Part shown: piece by piece, positions 26,538 to 35,671 of the stretch
How positions within the stretch are numbered: position 1 is the first letter of the stretch
How the letters are laid out: the number at the start of each line of letters is the position of its first letter
Source of the DNA: a virus
Lineage: Duplodnaviria; Caudoviricetes
DNA: 44,523 nucleotides
Reading direction: 5' to 3' (one strand)
IMG/VR virus record: IMGVR_UViG_3300035014_000030
Span: 1 to 44,523 of that record
The notes under the pieces: generated by a model
What the model was told of the DNA's origin: nothing
Seen by the model: only the letters and a program-made list of their open reading frames with translations
Database searches by the model: none
Position numbers and translations under genes: made by a program

Positions 26538-29483
26538 TCACGGCACGCCATCCAGCCAGGCTGGGGGACCAGGGGAGGATGGGGAGGGTTGCGCCGCATC
26601 CTCCCCGCAATCCTCCCCTCGAAAAACCGAGGTAGAATCAGGCTTCGGGGAGGATGGGGAGGAAGGGGAGGAAATTCCGGACCCTGGCTTCATGTGTGTG
26701 TGCGCGTGCGCGCATGTGTAGGGGGAGGAAAAATCCTCCCCTTCCTCCCCATCCTCCCCCAACCCAGGAAAAACCTGGATCGTTGCTAGGTTAGGATTGT
26801 CGGAGGTTCCTCCCCGACCCTCACCAATCCTCCCCGCCTGCGGTCCCATCGGGGAGGAAGGGGAGGATTTTCCGGTGTTGCTTTCCTGAGACGGTGTCAG
26901 GCGCCACCGCTGGGCGTTGTGCGAGGCACCGCCGGCCTGGAGACGAACGCGCCTGTCGCTGACCCGGAACACCCGATCTCGCATCTTGCTGAGTGCCCGG
27001 CCGAGGCGAACGCGCTGTCCGTTTTCATCCTTCGCGCTGATCGGCAGCGGCGGATCCGCGGCCTTGGCGTGTCCGAAGAGGTCGCTGGCGCTGACCTCCG
27101 CGGTCCCGAAGCGGTCCCACCAGGTCTGCACGAAGGCCCTCCACGCGCCGCCTTCCGTGTCGGACGCCGCCATCATCTCGTCGAGGTTGCCGAGGAAGCC
27201 CTCGATGCCTGCCACCTCCAGCACGCCGCCCAGCGTCTGCGCCCAGATCTCGTAGCTGCCGATGCTGCGGCCGCCGCGTGGCCGGCCTGCCACGATCCAT
27301 GCCTGGCATAGGGTGAGGCAGGCCGCGACCAGCCGGCCACGGTTGGCGCGCACCCACACCATGAGATCGGGGTGGCGGAAGGTGTCGCGGCGCCAGGGCT
27401 GGTCGGTGTGCGCGTCGAGCCGGATGCGGACGAGCCGCCGCGCCATCTCGTTCGAGAAGGTGGGGTTGTTGCCGGTGGCGACCCAGGCGCAGCGGATCGG
27501 CAGTCGCGTCATCTCGGATTGCCCGAGGATGCGGTCCTCCCAGAAGGGGGCGGTCAGGGCTGCGGCGAGAGCTGAGCTGTCCAGCTGCTCGCGCAGATTA
27601 TCGATCAAGATCAGCGAGGGGATCTGCCGCAGCTTGGCGGTGATGCACTTGCGCCATTCCTCGTCGTCGCGCCCCTCAGTCATGACGGAGGCGCCGACAC
27701 CGGTGAGCACGGTGGCGATCACGTCCACCATCAGCGTGGCGCCAGTGCCTGGTGTGGGCTTCTCGATCAGATGCAGCGGCGTCGGGCCGTCGATCATGGC
27801 GCGGAGGAAGCTGAGCAGCAGCAGGGACAGGGCGTGGGCGCGCTCGGCGGTGCTGGTGAAGGGGAAGTCGCCCAGCAGATCATCCAGCAGCAGGGAGCGC
27901 GCGGCGGCGATATCCTGCGCCGATGGACGGTCGGGAACGGCTGGCAGGCGAAAGCCCGTTGTCGGGCGATAGAGCAGGCGGGCGTCGGGGTGGTAGCCCG
28001 GTTCGGTGAGCAGCGCGCCGCCGCGCCCAAAGACCGGCGTGGTGACGATGCCGGCAAGGATGGGCAGTCCGGGATCCGGGGTGGCCAGCAGCGACTTCAC
28101 CACGCCGGTGGGCGGCGGCGCGGGGATGGCTTCGCCCTTGGCGTTGACCTTCCGCCAATCCGCCAGATTGGCCAGCATGTGGCGGAGCCGCTCCTCCGAG
28201 ACCGTGGCGGCGACGGGCCGCCCCTCATCGTCGGGCGTGACCCAGCTGGGCAGCCCGCCGAGCCGGAACAGCCAGGGCGTGCGGTTGGAGGCGAGGATGG
28301 CGCTCCAGGCGCGATCGGTGGCGCGGCGGAGATTGCCCTCATCGGCGCGCAGCACCGGCAATGGCGTTGTGGGTTCCAGGAAGCCCAGCGGCAGGTGCCG
28401 GCCGGTCTCGTCCTCGGCTGCTGGTGGAGGCGCAGCAGCCGCACGCAGGGCGACGTCCACCAGGGCGGCGATTGCCTCGGGACCATCGCGGCCGAGAATG
28501 TCGTTGAAGTCGTCGCCCTGCTGAGGCGGCATGGTGATGGCGGTGACGACGCTGTTGCGGCGAAGGCGGCCCGCCAAGGCATCCGCGGCGCGCATGCCTG
28601 CGCCGGAGGTGTCATGGTCGGCGAGAATGATGATGCGCTGGGCCTCGGGCGGCAGCTGCACCTGCTCGAGGCCGGAGGTGGAAAGCGTGGCCCAGACCGG
28701 CAGCCCTGGGCAGGCAGCCATGACGGCCAGGCCGGTCTCGATGCCCTCGCAGAGCCCGAGCACGCCATGGGTGCCGATCGGCGCCAGGCGCACCGCGCCA
28801 CCACCGACCTTGCCCATCATCATGCGCGGCTTGGGGACATCGGCCTTGCGGACAGTGTCGCCATCCTGCTGCAGATAGGTGCGATGGAGCGCGATCACCT
28901 CGCCGGCGACATCACGGACCAGCCCGATCATCGCCAGATAGCCGGCCTTGGTCTCGAAGTTCGTCAGGTCGGGGTGAAAAAGCAGATCGGAGCCGATCGG
29001 CACGGCCAGGCCGCGGGCACTCAGATAGGTCTCTGCGGCCGTCCCAGCGATCGGCACCGCGTGCTCCCGCACGAAGCCGATCTCATGCGTCATGTCACGC
29101 TCTGGCTTGCGCGCTGGCGGCGGGTCCTGCCGCGCGGGGGCCTCACCCGTCCAACCGACACGCGCCGCAGCCTCGGCAAACAGCAGCCGCCCCGAAAGGC
29201 CGGTACCGTGCTCCAGCGTGCTGAATGGGCCGCCACCCTGCGCGCCGTCGAAGTCATGCCAGTCGCCGGCATGCTCGCCGGCCAGCATGATTACGCAGGA
29301 CCCGGATTGGCGCGGCGGCGCGCCCTGGATGTTGGCCAGCCGCCATTCATCGCCCTGGCGCCGCCCATTGGGGAACAGCCCCGGCACCCAGGCATGGGCG
29401 CTGTCGCGCAGGCGGGCGCCGATGGCGTCCAGGTCGTAGCGAAAGGATGGTGCCGCTGGCGTGGCGTCGTTCAGGTCAATCAA
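26538..29483 (-). CDS. Toprim primase with C-terminal helicase/ATPase-like domain
   Basis: EGIETGL, ILADHD and DFND Toprim motifs; LILIDN, ATGNN and RRLVRIRLD in the C-terminal half. Confidence 0.85.
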   Translation of the reverse strand: MIDLNDATPAAPSFRYDLDAIGARLRDSAHAWVPGLFPNGRRQGDEWRLANIQGAPPRQSGSCVIMLAGEHAGDWHDFDGAQGGGPFSTLEHGTGLSGRLLFAEAAARVGWTGEAPARQDPPPARKPERDMTHEIGFVREHAVPIAGTAAETYLSARGLAVPIGSDLLFHPDLTNFETKAGYLAMIGLVRDVAGEVIALHRTYLQQDGDTVRKADVPKPRMMMGKVGGGAVRLAPIGTHGVLGLCEGIETGLAVMAACPGLPVWATLSTSGLEQVQLPPEAQRIIILADHDTSGAGMRAADALAGRLRRNSVVTAITMPPQQGDDFNDILGRDGPEAIAALVDVALRAAAAPPPAAEDETGRHLPLGFLEPTTPLPVLRADEGNLRRATDRAWSAILASNRTPWLFRLGGLPSWVTPDDEGRPVAATVSEERLRHMLANLADWRKVNAKGEAIPAPPPTGVVKSLLATPDPGLPILAGIVTTPVFGRGGALLTEPGYHPDARLLYRPTTGFRLPAVPDRPSAQDIAAARSLLLDDLLGDFPFTSTAERAHALSLLLLSFLRAMIDGPTPLHLIEKPTPGTGATLMVDVIATVLTGVGASVMTEGRDDEEWRKCITAKLRQIPSLILIDNLREQLDSSALAAALTAPFWEDRILGQSEMTRLPIRCAWVATGNNPTFSNEMARRLVRIRLDAHTDQPWRRDTFRHPDLMVWVRANRGRLVAACLTLCQAWIVAGRPRGGRSIGSYEIWAQTLGGVLEVAGIEGFLGNLDEMMAASDTEGGAWRAFVQTWWDRFGTAEVSASDLFGHAKAADPPLPISAKDENGQRVRLGRALSKMRDRVFRVSDRRVRLQAGGASHNAQRWRLTPSQESNTGKSSPSSPMGPQAGRIGEGRGGTSDNPNLATIQVFPGLGEDGEEGEDFSSPYTCAHAHTHMKPGSGISSPSSPSSPKPDSTSVFRGEDCGEDAAQPSPSSPGPPAWLDGVP
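26572..26868. repeat. Iteron-like GGGGAGG(A) array (putative replication origin) in the primase 3' end
   Basis: 8 forward and 7 reverse copies in ~300 bp, in clusters at ~9-bp spacing. Confidence 0.75.
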
Positions 29484-30768
29484 GGATCACCAACCCGCGT
29501 TCCGCGCGCGTGATGGCGGTGTAGAGCCAGCGGTTGCGGTCCTCCGCCGTGCGGCTCAGCCCATCGTCATAGACGACGACATTCTCCCATTGGCTGCCCT
29601 GGGCCTTGTGGCAGGTGATGGCATAGCCCCAGCTGCTCTCGATCAGCCCGCGCATCTCGCGGTAGTCGCGGGTGAGCCGCTCCCGGTCGTAACGGACGTG
29701 ATCGTCGTAATGGCCCTTGTAGAAGCGGTGCCGGCCGGAAAGGGCGACGCCATCCTCGGTGGTGATGGTGGCCGAGAAGGCGAGGTCGCTCTCGTGCCGA
29801 ATCTCCGCGAGCGACAGGAACATGCCGTTGACCAAGCCGAGGTCGTGGCGGTTCTTGAGGCAGATGAGTTTCTCGTCCTGGCCCGCGGGATAGGGTGCGG
29901 GAAAGCCGGCCGCCTGCTTGATCTGGCTGTTGAGCCAGCGCCGCGTGTCGTTGCGGCCGCAGATGACTTGGCCACCGCGCAGCATTTGCTCGGGCCGCAC
30001 CGCACTGCGCGGCAGCTTCCAGACATGCGCGTCATGCTCGCCGGGCGGGATGTCGATGCCCTGCCGCGCCATGGTGGCCAGGCGAATGATGGCACTCTCG
30101 CCGGCCTGCCGGTGGATCTCGGTGAGCATGATGTCCGGCTTTGCCTCGGTGAAGGCGCCGGTGCCCTTGATGGGTGGCAGCTGGCCGGGATCGCCCAGCA
30201 CCAGGATGGGCTTGCCGAAGGCCAGCAGATCGGCGGCCATCTCCGGCCCGACCATCGACACCTCATCCAGCACGATGAGGTCGGCATCACGCACGAGCGA
30301 TTGCTCGTTCAGCAGAAAAGTCGGCTTGTGGATATCCGCCAGGCGCAGCTGCAGCTTGCTGATCTGCATCTCCGCGAAGGCGCGTTCGGCAGGTGCCATG
30401 CGGCCGAGGCCACGCTGCAGGTCGAGGAGGTCCCGCTCGACGCGGTCGATTTCCTCGGGCGTCGCCTCCGAGACGCGATAGATGAGGGAGTGGATGGTGG
30501 AGGCAGGCGTGCCCTTGCGGGTCATCACCAGCGCCGCCTTGCCGGTGAAAGCCGCGAAGAGGATGCGACGGCGCGCCGCATCCTCCTCGTCATTGCCGGC
30601 TGCCACGTCGATGCCGATCGCCTGAATGGCGTAGGTGATGACGGTGCTCTTGCCGCTGCCGGCATAGCCGAACAGCCGGAACACCTGCTGCTGGTGCGTG
30701 CGGTTCTGGAACCAATCCACGATGGCGCGGATGGCATCGGCCTGTTGGGGAGAGGGTGTGAAGCTCAT
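29476..30768 (-). CDS. SF1B (RecD/Dda-like) DNA helicase
   Basis: GYAGSGKS, DEVSMV, GDPGQLPP, HRQA, ITCHKAQGSQW and YTAITRA motifs. Confidence 0.92.
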   Translation of the reverse strand: MSFTPSPQQADAIRAIVDWFQNRTHQQQVFRLFGYAGSGKSTVITYAIQAIGIDVAAGNDEEDAARRRILFAAFTGKAALVMTRKGTPASTIHSLIYRVSEATPEEIDRVERDLLDLQRGLGRMAPAERAFAEMQISKLQLRLADIHKPTFLLNEQSLVRDADLIVLDEVSMVGPEMAADLLAFGKPILVLGDPGQLPPIKGTGAFTEAKPDIMLTEIHRQAGESAIIRLATMARQGIDIPPGEHDAHVWKLPRSAVRPEQMLRGGQVICGRNDTRRWLNSQIKQAAGFPAPYPAGQDEKLICLKNRHDLGLVNGMFLSLAEIRHESDLAFSATITTEDGVALSGRHRFYKGHYDDHVRYDRERLTRDYREMRGLIESSWGYAITCHKAQGSQWENVVVYDDGLSRTAEDRNRWLYTAITRAERGLVILD

Positions 30769-31541
30769 GCGAGCTCCCCGCCATTCACCAGGTAATCCTT
30801 GATCACGCCACCACGGGCGATATCGCCGACCTCGCATTGGCGGACGAAGACGCGGCGACCATCGGCGAGCGCACGCCAGTGGCCGCGACGAATGTGCCAG
30901 CGGGGTGAGGCATGTGAGCCGCTGCGCTCAGCCAGCGCGGATGCGATGATGTGTGGCTGGATGTCGGCGACACGATAGTTCCATCCGCGCACGCCCTCCT
31001 TCGCAAAGGATCGTCGACGCAGTGGCGAGAGTTGATGTTCGGCCAGCGGTGTGGGGATGGAGAGTAGTCCGAGCGCGCGCCAGACCATGGAGGTCGCGGC
31101 TTCAAAGGTCGGCGCGTAGTGGTTCGGGTCCTGCTCCTTCGGGTGGCCCATGACTTCGGCCAGACCGTTGGGCAGGAATTCCACTGCGGCCATCAGGTCG
31201 CTCCAGCAATTCCGCTCTGGGAGAAAGCGGAACAGGAAGCTATCGACGCCTGCCTCGGTGGCACGCGCATAGGAGGCGAGACATGCCTCCGGCTCATCAG
31301 GATCCTGAAGTTCAAAGATGCAGTGCGGGTGCGGCAGCTTGAGCGTGCCGCCCAGGTTGCTGGTGGCGAGCCGCTCAACATCGTCCGAGTTGAAGCGGCG
31401 ACTATCTGGAAAGATGTAGATCGGGGCGGTAGCGACCGCCTTGGCATCGATCTCACACCAAAAGCGATGTGCATGACGAAGGACATGACGCTTCAAGCTG
31501 AAGGCAAGGGGCATCATGCGCGAGGAGGTGGCAGGCGTCAT
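30765..31541 (-). CDS. Hypothetical protein (lower GC; SPRWHIRRGHWR motif)
   Basis: 258 aa; ATGA overlaps on both sides. Confidence 0.7.
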   Translation of the reverse strand: MTPATSSRMMPLAFSLKRHVLRHAHRFWCEIDAKAVATAPIYIFPDSRRFNSDDVERLATSNLGGTLKLPHPHCIFELQDPDEPEACLASYARATEAGVDSFLFRFLPERNCWSDLMAAVEFLPNGLAEVMGHPKEQDPNHYAPTFEAATSMVWRALGLLSIPTPLAEHQLSPLRRRSFAKEGVRGWNYRVADIQPHIIASALAERSGSHASPRWHIRRGHWRALADGRRVFVRQCEVGDIARGGVIKDYLVNGGELA

Positions 31542-32317
31542 TGGGCGTTCTCCCAGCAGCGAGCCGCGTAGGGACAAAAGCGGCAGAGGTAGAAATCGGA
31601 ATGCGCTGCGATCCGCGGCGGCAATTCGCCGGACTCAGCCGCGCGCAGAATGTCGACGGCGCGGTCGGACAGGCGCTGCGCCTCGGCTGCATCGAAGGGC
31701 ACCGCCTCGTGGTGCAGCGCCAGCGTGTCGCGGTTCAGCGCGGTGAGCAGCGCGACCTCGAGCTCGAGGTAGGCCATGTAGAGCTGCACCTGGGCGAAGT
31801 AGATCGGCTTGGACTGACGCAGGCCGTGCTTGACCAGGTCGGTCCATGATTTCTGACCGAGTGCCTTGTGCTCCCACAGGGAAGGCCAGCGGATGCCGAC
31901 ATCGGGGCCGGCCACGATGACGCCATCGGCATGGCCACGCAGCTTTCCGCCCGCGGCGGCAAAGCCGAATTGCTCGCCATCGGCGCCACGATCGCGCAGA
32001 TCAAAGCCCGCCTGGCGGAGCCAGCGGATGGACAGCGTTTCGAACTGGTGCCCCGCATCGAAGATGCGCAGGATGCCACCGTCGAAGTCCCGGCCGGCAT
32101 CCTTCGGCGCGTGGGCTACCTCGTAGACCAGCTTTCGCGCGCAGGCCTCGCCGATGCGGCTGCCGCCAAGATAGTCGCGGGGGCGCTGTTGCTGATTGCG
32201 CGCGACCAGCGCCGCATCGACATGCGCGTTGATGCGGGCGGTGACCGCTGGGGCGTCGCAGAGGGCCATGCTTTGCCCTCCGTAGACGAGGCCGGAGCCG
32301 TGGTTCAGATCGATCAT
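31538..32317 (-). CDS. Cas4-like PD-(D/E)XK exonuclease
   Basis: YLGGSRIGEAC, GHADG, WEHK, AQVQLYM and CRFCPYAARC motifs (four Fe-S type Cys). Confidence 0.85.
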   Translation of the reverse strand: MIDLNHGSGLVYGGQSMALCDAPAVTARINAHVDAALVARNQQQRPRDYLGGSRIGEACARKLVYEVAHAPKDAGRDFDGGILRIFDAGHQFETLSIRWLRQAGFDLRDRGADGEQFGFAAAGGKLRGHADGVIVAGPDVGIRWPSLWEHKALGQKSWTDLVKHGLRQSKPIYFAQVQLYMAYLELEVALLTALNRDTLALHHEAVPFDAAEAQRLSDRAVDILRAAESGELPPRIAAHSDFYLCRFCPYAARCWENAQ

Positions 32318-32414
32318 TGACCCGCACGCCCAGCCGGCGGGGACGTGCGGCAGCTTGTCGCGATGACGATCGATGCGCCGTGAATATGCGACGGGGTGAT
32401 CACGGCGGTGCCCA

Positions 32415-32669
32415 TCACTCGCTTCTCTCGCCAGCCGCGGTGCCGCGCGCCGAGCGCAAGGGCTGGGTCGTTTTACTGCGAGCCCATTCCAGAGCATCGC
32501 CCCAGCGGTAGAGCGCGCGAGCGGCAAACATCGAGTAGGGCGGGCCGCCGCCGCGCGTGGCTTTGGTGGCGAGAGTGCGTGGCGAAACCGGATAGCCAAG
32601 TTCAGTGAGTGCCGCGGCCGTAAGCTCGCGCCGAAGCAATGCGTCGGGATTATCGGGTACACATGTCAT
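32415..32669 (-). CDS. Small excisionase/MerR-like HTH DNA-binding protein
   Basis: 84 aa; SPRTLATKATRGGGPPY..F..RALYRWGDALEWA pattern. Confidence 0.65.
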   Translation of the reverse strand: MTCVPDNPDALLRRELTAAALTELGYPVSPRTLATKATRGGGPPYSMFAARALYRWGDALEWARSKTTQPLRSARGTAAGERSE

Positions 32670-32694
32670 CGATGGTTGCCTTTTGCTTGAGGGG

Positions 32695-33150
32695 TCAAAA
32701 TGGAATCGGGTCGTCGAGCGGATCCCGCTCGGCGGCTTGGCGCTGCATGGATGCCTGGAAGCCGTCGACGCAGGCCTCGATGATGCGGTCGATCTCCGTG
32801 GCACTCCGGTCGTGGAACGGCGCCATGAGGTTCAGCTCCACCAGCACCTCGGCGAGCGGCCGGCGCGCGTCCTTCACCGCGCGCTCCTCCATCTGCGTTT
32901 TGTCGATCACGCCGTTGGACCTGCGGGCCATCGCCCCGCCCGCGTCGCAGCACCGCATCGAGCAGAAGCGGTGATGGGGAAACTCGCCCAGCCGCATCTC
33001 GTGGATGTAGCCGAAGCCCTTCGCCTCCCGGCTGCAGAGCGCGCATGTGAGGCGACGCACCTGATCATCGGGCGAGCAGCCGCGCGGCGGTGGCAGGGAC
33101 TTGGCCGCAGCACGCGGCTGCGCCGGCCGCGTCCAGCGGCGACGGACCAT
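32695..33150 (-). CDS. DUF6511-like protein (zinc-finger-like N-terminus)
   Basis: CALC...FCSMRC; acidic DDPIPF tail. Confidence 0.7.
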   Translation of the reverse strand: MVRRRWTRPAQPRAAAKSLPPPRGCSPDDQVRRLTCALCSREAKGFGYIHEMRLGEFPHHRFCSMRCCDAGGAMARRSNGVIDKTQMEERAVKDARRPLAEVLVELNLMAPFHDRSATEIDRIIEACVDGFQASMQRQAAERDPLDDPIPF

Positions 33151-33157
33151 CGGCGCA

Positions 33158-33883
33158 TCATCCGTTCAGCCAGGCCGGGCCACCGGCGGCGGGGGGTGCC
33201 GAACGGTGGGGCGGGGCGGCCGGCGTAGCCGCCGGTGCGGCCCAGGAAGGCGACGCTGGGGCGGCGGCCTGCGGCGCTGCCGCGCTGGCCCAGGCGGGGG
33301 CGGCGGGCGCGGGAGCAGCGGCAGGTTTCGCCGCGCGCTGGCCGCTGGGCGAAGCCGGCACCGACTCGCCCGCCATGATGCGCGCATATTCGGGTTCGCC
33401 CGGCAGCACCACGCGGTCGAGGCGGTTGCTGTCGCTGTAGCGCGGGTCATTCGCCGGCTCGACCCGGATCTTGGCGGCGAAGGTGATGCCCGACAGATCG
33501 GACAATCCGCGAAGGACCCGTTTGGCCTTGGCGGCCTCGCCCATGTCCTGCGGGTCGAGGCCCAGCGCGCTGTCGATCATGGCGCGGAAGGTCCCCTTCG
33601 AGATCTTCCAGGCGATGGACACGCCGTGCTCGTCGACCTTGCCGCCGACCACCGTGAAGGTCTGCCAGAACTTGCGGCGGATGTGCGGACCCGCGGCGAC
33701 GGTGAATTCGCCGTCGACCATGGCGGTGTCGCCGCCGCCACGGGATGCCTTCAGGAGACCGCGGTCGGCCTCGCCCTGACCGTCCACCCCGCCAGGGCGG
33801 ATCACCATGGTCACCTTGGCAAAGGTGCCGTCCGGGATGAGGTCGGAGCCACGCGGCAGCTCGGCGTCGTTCATGTCGTACAT
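33158..33883 (-). CDS. Putative single-stranded DNA-binding protein
   Basis: Follows Sak4-like ATPase; OB-like core plus Ala/Pro-rich tail ending PAWLNG. Confidence 0.7.
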   Translation of the reverse strand: MYDMNDAELPRGSDLIPDGTFAKVTMVIRPGGVDGQGEADRGLLKASRGGGDTAMVDGEFTVAAGPHIRRKFWQTFTVVGGKVDEHGVSIAWKISKGTFRAMIDSALGLDPQDMGEAAKAKRVLRGLSDLSGITFAAKIRVEPANDPRYSDSNRLDRVVLPGEPEYARIMAGESVPASPSGQRAAKPAAAPAPAAPAWASAAAPQAAAPASPSWAAPAATPAAPPHRSAPPAAGGPAWLNG

Positions 33884-33909
33884 CGATCGGTGTGCCTCTC
33901 GGGTTCGGG

Positions 33910-34752
33910 TCAGGCGGGGGATGGGGCGGGCGCGTTGATCTTGCGGAGCAGCGCGAGCAGATCCGGCGGCTCGGTCTCATCGAGGCGGCCGGAGCGGTCC
34001 TTGGCCGGCAGCCCGAAGCGGTTGCCCGCCTGGCAGACCAGCCGGCGTTCCGTGCCGCGCTGAGGGTCGTGGACCAGCGCGCCGTCGCCATCGCGAGAGA
34101 ACAGCGAGAGGGTGATGACCTGATCGACGATGCCGGGGAGTTCGCGGCCGGCCTTGCCGCCCTCCATCTGCGGCTGCCAGGTGACGCGGCCGAAGTCGTC
34201 GGTGTGCTTCTCCAGGATGCCGACCAGGATCACGGTCTTGCCCGGTGCGTGCTGGAGGTGCTTCAGCAAGCCAATGACCTCGCGCCCGAGCAGGCCATAG
34301 GCGCCGCGGGTGTCCGGCTTACCGGTCTTGTCCGAGAAGGCCTCGGGCTGCTTCTTCGCCCAGACCATGGCCTGGCGCGTCAGATCGGTGATGCTGTCGA
34401 CGAAGATGATCGACTTGCGGGCGAGCATCGCGACGAGCTCGGGATGCTGCGCGGCATAGTGGGCGTAGTGCTCGTTCGAGAAGAAGGCGGTGGGCGGGGC
34501 GGCAGGGTTCGGGCCGCCGATCAGGGAGGTGAGAACCACCATGTCCTCGAAGCAGCGCACGGGGATGCTGTCGCCGCGCCAGTCCTGGACCGACTTCATG
34601 CCGGCCTCGAGGTCGAGGAAGGCCGTCTCGACGGCGGGCAGTACCTTGACGAGCGTGGTCTTGCCCGACCCGCTCTCGCCGACGATGACCATGGTGGTCT
34701 TGTTCGCGGCGGCGGAAAGCCGGTCGTCGGCCGTGACGATGCGGAGCGCCAT
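33910..34752 (-). CDS. Sak4-like AAA recombination ATPase
   Basis: Start MALRIVTA; GESGSGKT, FLDLEAG, FVDSIT and PAKDRSG motifs. Confidence 0.85.
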   Translation of the reverse strand: MALRIVTADDRLSAAANKTTMVIVGESGSGKTTLVKVLPAVETAFLDLEAGMKSVQDWRGDSIPVRCFEDMVVLTSLIGGPNPAAPPTAFFSNEHYAHYAAQHPELVAMLARKSIIFVDSITDLTRQAMVWAKKQPEAFSDKTGKPDTRGAYGLLGREVIGLLKHLQHAPGKTVILVGILEKHTDDFGRVTWQPQMEGGKAGRELPGIVDQVITLSLFSRDGDGALVHDPQRGTERRLVCQAGNRFGLPAKDRSGRLDETEPPDLLALLRKINAPAPSPA

Positions 34753-35297
34753 CAGCGACCTCCCTGCATCGGGATGGTGCCGGCGGCATGTGGGCTGTCC
34801 CGCCGCGCGGTCTCCGACATGATGGCGAGGCGATAGGTGGCGCGACCTGTGCGCACGGTGCGGGCCGGCTCGAAGGCGGCGCGAATGCGCTCCGGCCAGG
34901 CGGTATAGGCGCGCTCCGAGACCTTGAAGCTGACCTCGACATACTGGCCGGGATCCTCGCCGCCAGCGCGGATCTGCTCGGACAGCGCTGCGAGCCGCGC
35001 CTGGTCCCAATCCACCCGCTTCGGCAGGTCGACCGCGATCTCCACGGCGCCGTCCTGGAACCGGACCGTGCCGGTATCCTTGCCGGCCGCAGCACGGGCG
35101 CCGACGGCGCGCTGTTCGTAGCGGAGCGCGATCGCGGCCTCGATCCAGTCCTGCATGCGCTTGGCGGCGTCCAGCGCCTCGCGCGCATCGGTCTGCAGCA
35201 GCGCCAGATGCTCGGCCGGCAGCGCGATAACGTCGCTCACCGGCATGTGGCGCAGCGCGTCGAGGGTGGGGCGGTTGGTGCGGGGCGCGTCCATCAC
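34752..35297 (-). CDS. Hypothetical phage protein (recombination module)
   Basis: 181 aa, translationally coupled to both neighbours. Confidence 0.75.
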   Translation of the reverse strand: MMDAPRTNRPTLDALRHMPVSDVIALPAEHLALLQTDAREALDAAKRMQDWIEAAIALRYEQRAVGARAAAGKDTGTVRFQDGAVEIAVDLPKRVDWDQARLAALSEQIRAGGEDPGQYVEVSFKVSERAYTAWPERIRAAFEPARTVRTGRATYRLAIMSETARRDSPHAAGTIPMQGGR

Positions 35298-35635
35298 GCG
35301 GCCTCCGCGAGCAGCAGCGGCAGGATGGACGATGCGTAGCGGCGCGGACGGCGGCGGGCGACGAGGATATAGGCGTAGTCCTCATAGCCGTGCCGGCGCT
35401 GAACGATATCGGCGAGGCCGAGCTCGGCCAGCTTCCAGGCGCGTGCCGCCAGGCGCTGCAGCGCGGTGCGCTCCGGCTCGGGCAGGCACTGCAACTGCGG
35501 GCAGACCTGCCGGGCGAGCGCGCCGCGGTGATAGGTGATGCTGTCGCCGGGAGCCGCGGCGCCCAGCCAGGTGCAGAGCGACGCCTCGGTGAGAGGCTTC
35601 GACACTGCGCGGATGTCGGTGATGTTGGTGTCCAT
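35294..35635 (-). CDS. Hypothetical protein, first gene of the replication operon
   Basis: 113 aa; AAPGDSITYHRG; no SD, preceded by the repeated motif. Confidence 0.75.
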   Translation of the reverse strand: MDTNITDIRAVSKPLTEASLCTWLGAAAPGDSITYHRGALARQVCPQLQCLPEPERTALQRLAARAWKLAELGLADIVQRRHGYEDYAYILVARRRPRRYASSILPLLLAEAA

Positions 35636-35671
35636 ACTTAGCCCTACCCAGCCCCTCGCCGATGCGTCTCA
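35633..35671 (-). promoter_or_regulatory. Twin promoter-like motif A (replication operon)
   Basis: TGAGACGCATCG-N10-GGGTAGGGCTAAGT-ATG; matches 38248-38286. Confidence 0.7.

Noticed and set aside
26572-26868. Repeat cluster as a CRISPR array
   Set aside because: Units are 7-9 bp, in both orientations, without spacers
31538-32317. Cas4-like gene as evidence of CRISPR-Cas
   Set aside because: No array or other cas genes; sits in the usual Sak4/SSB recombination module
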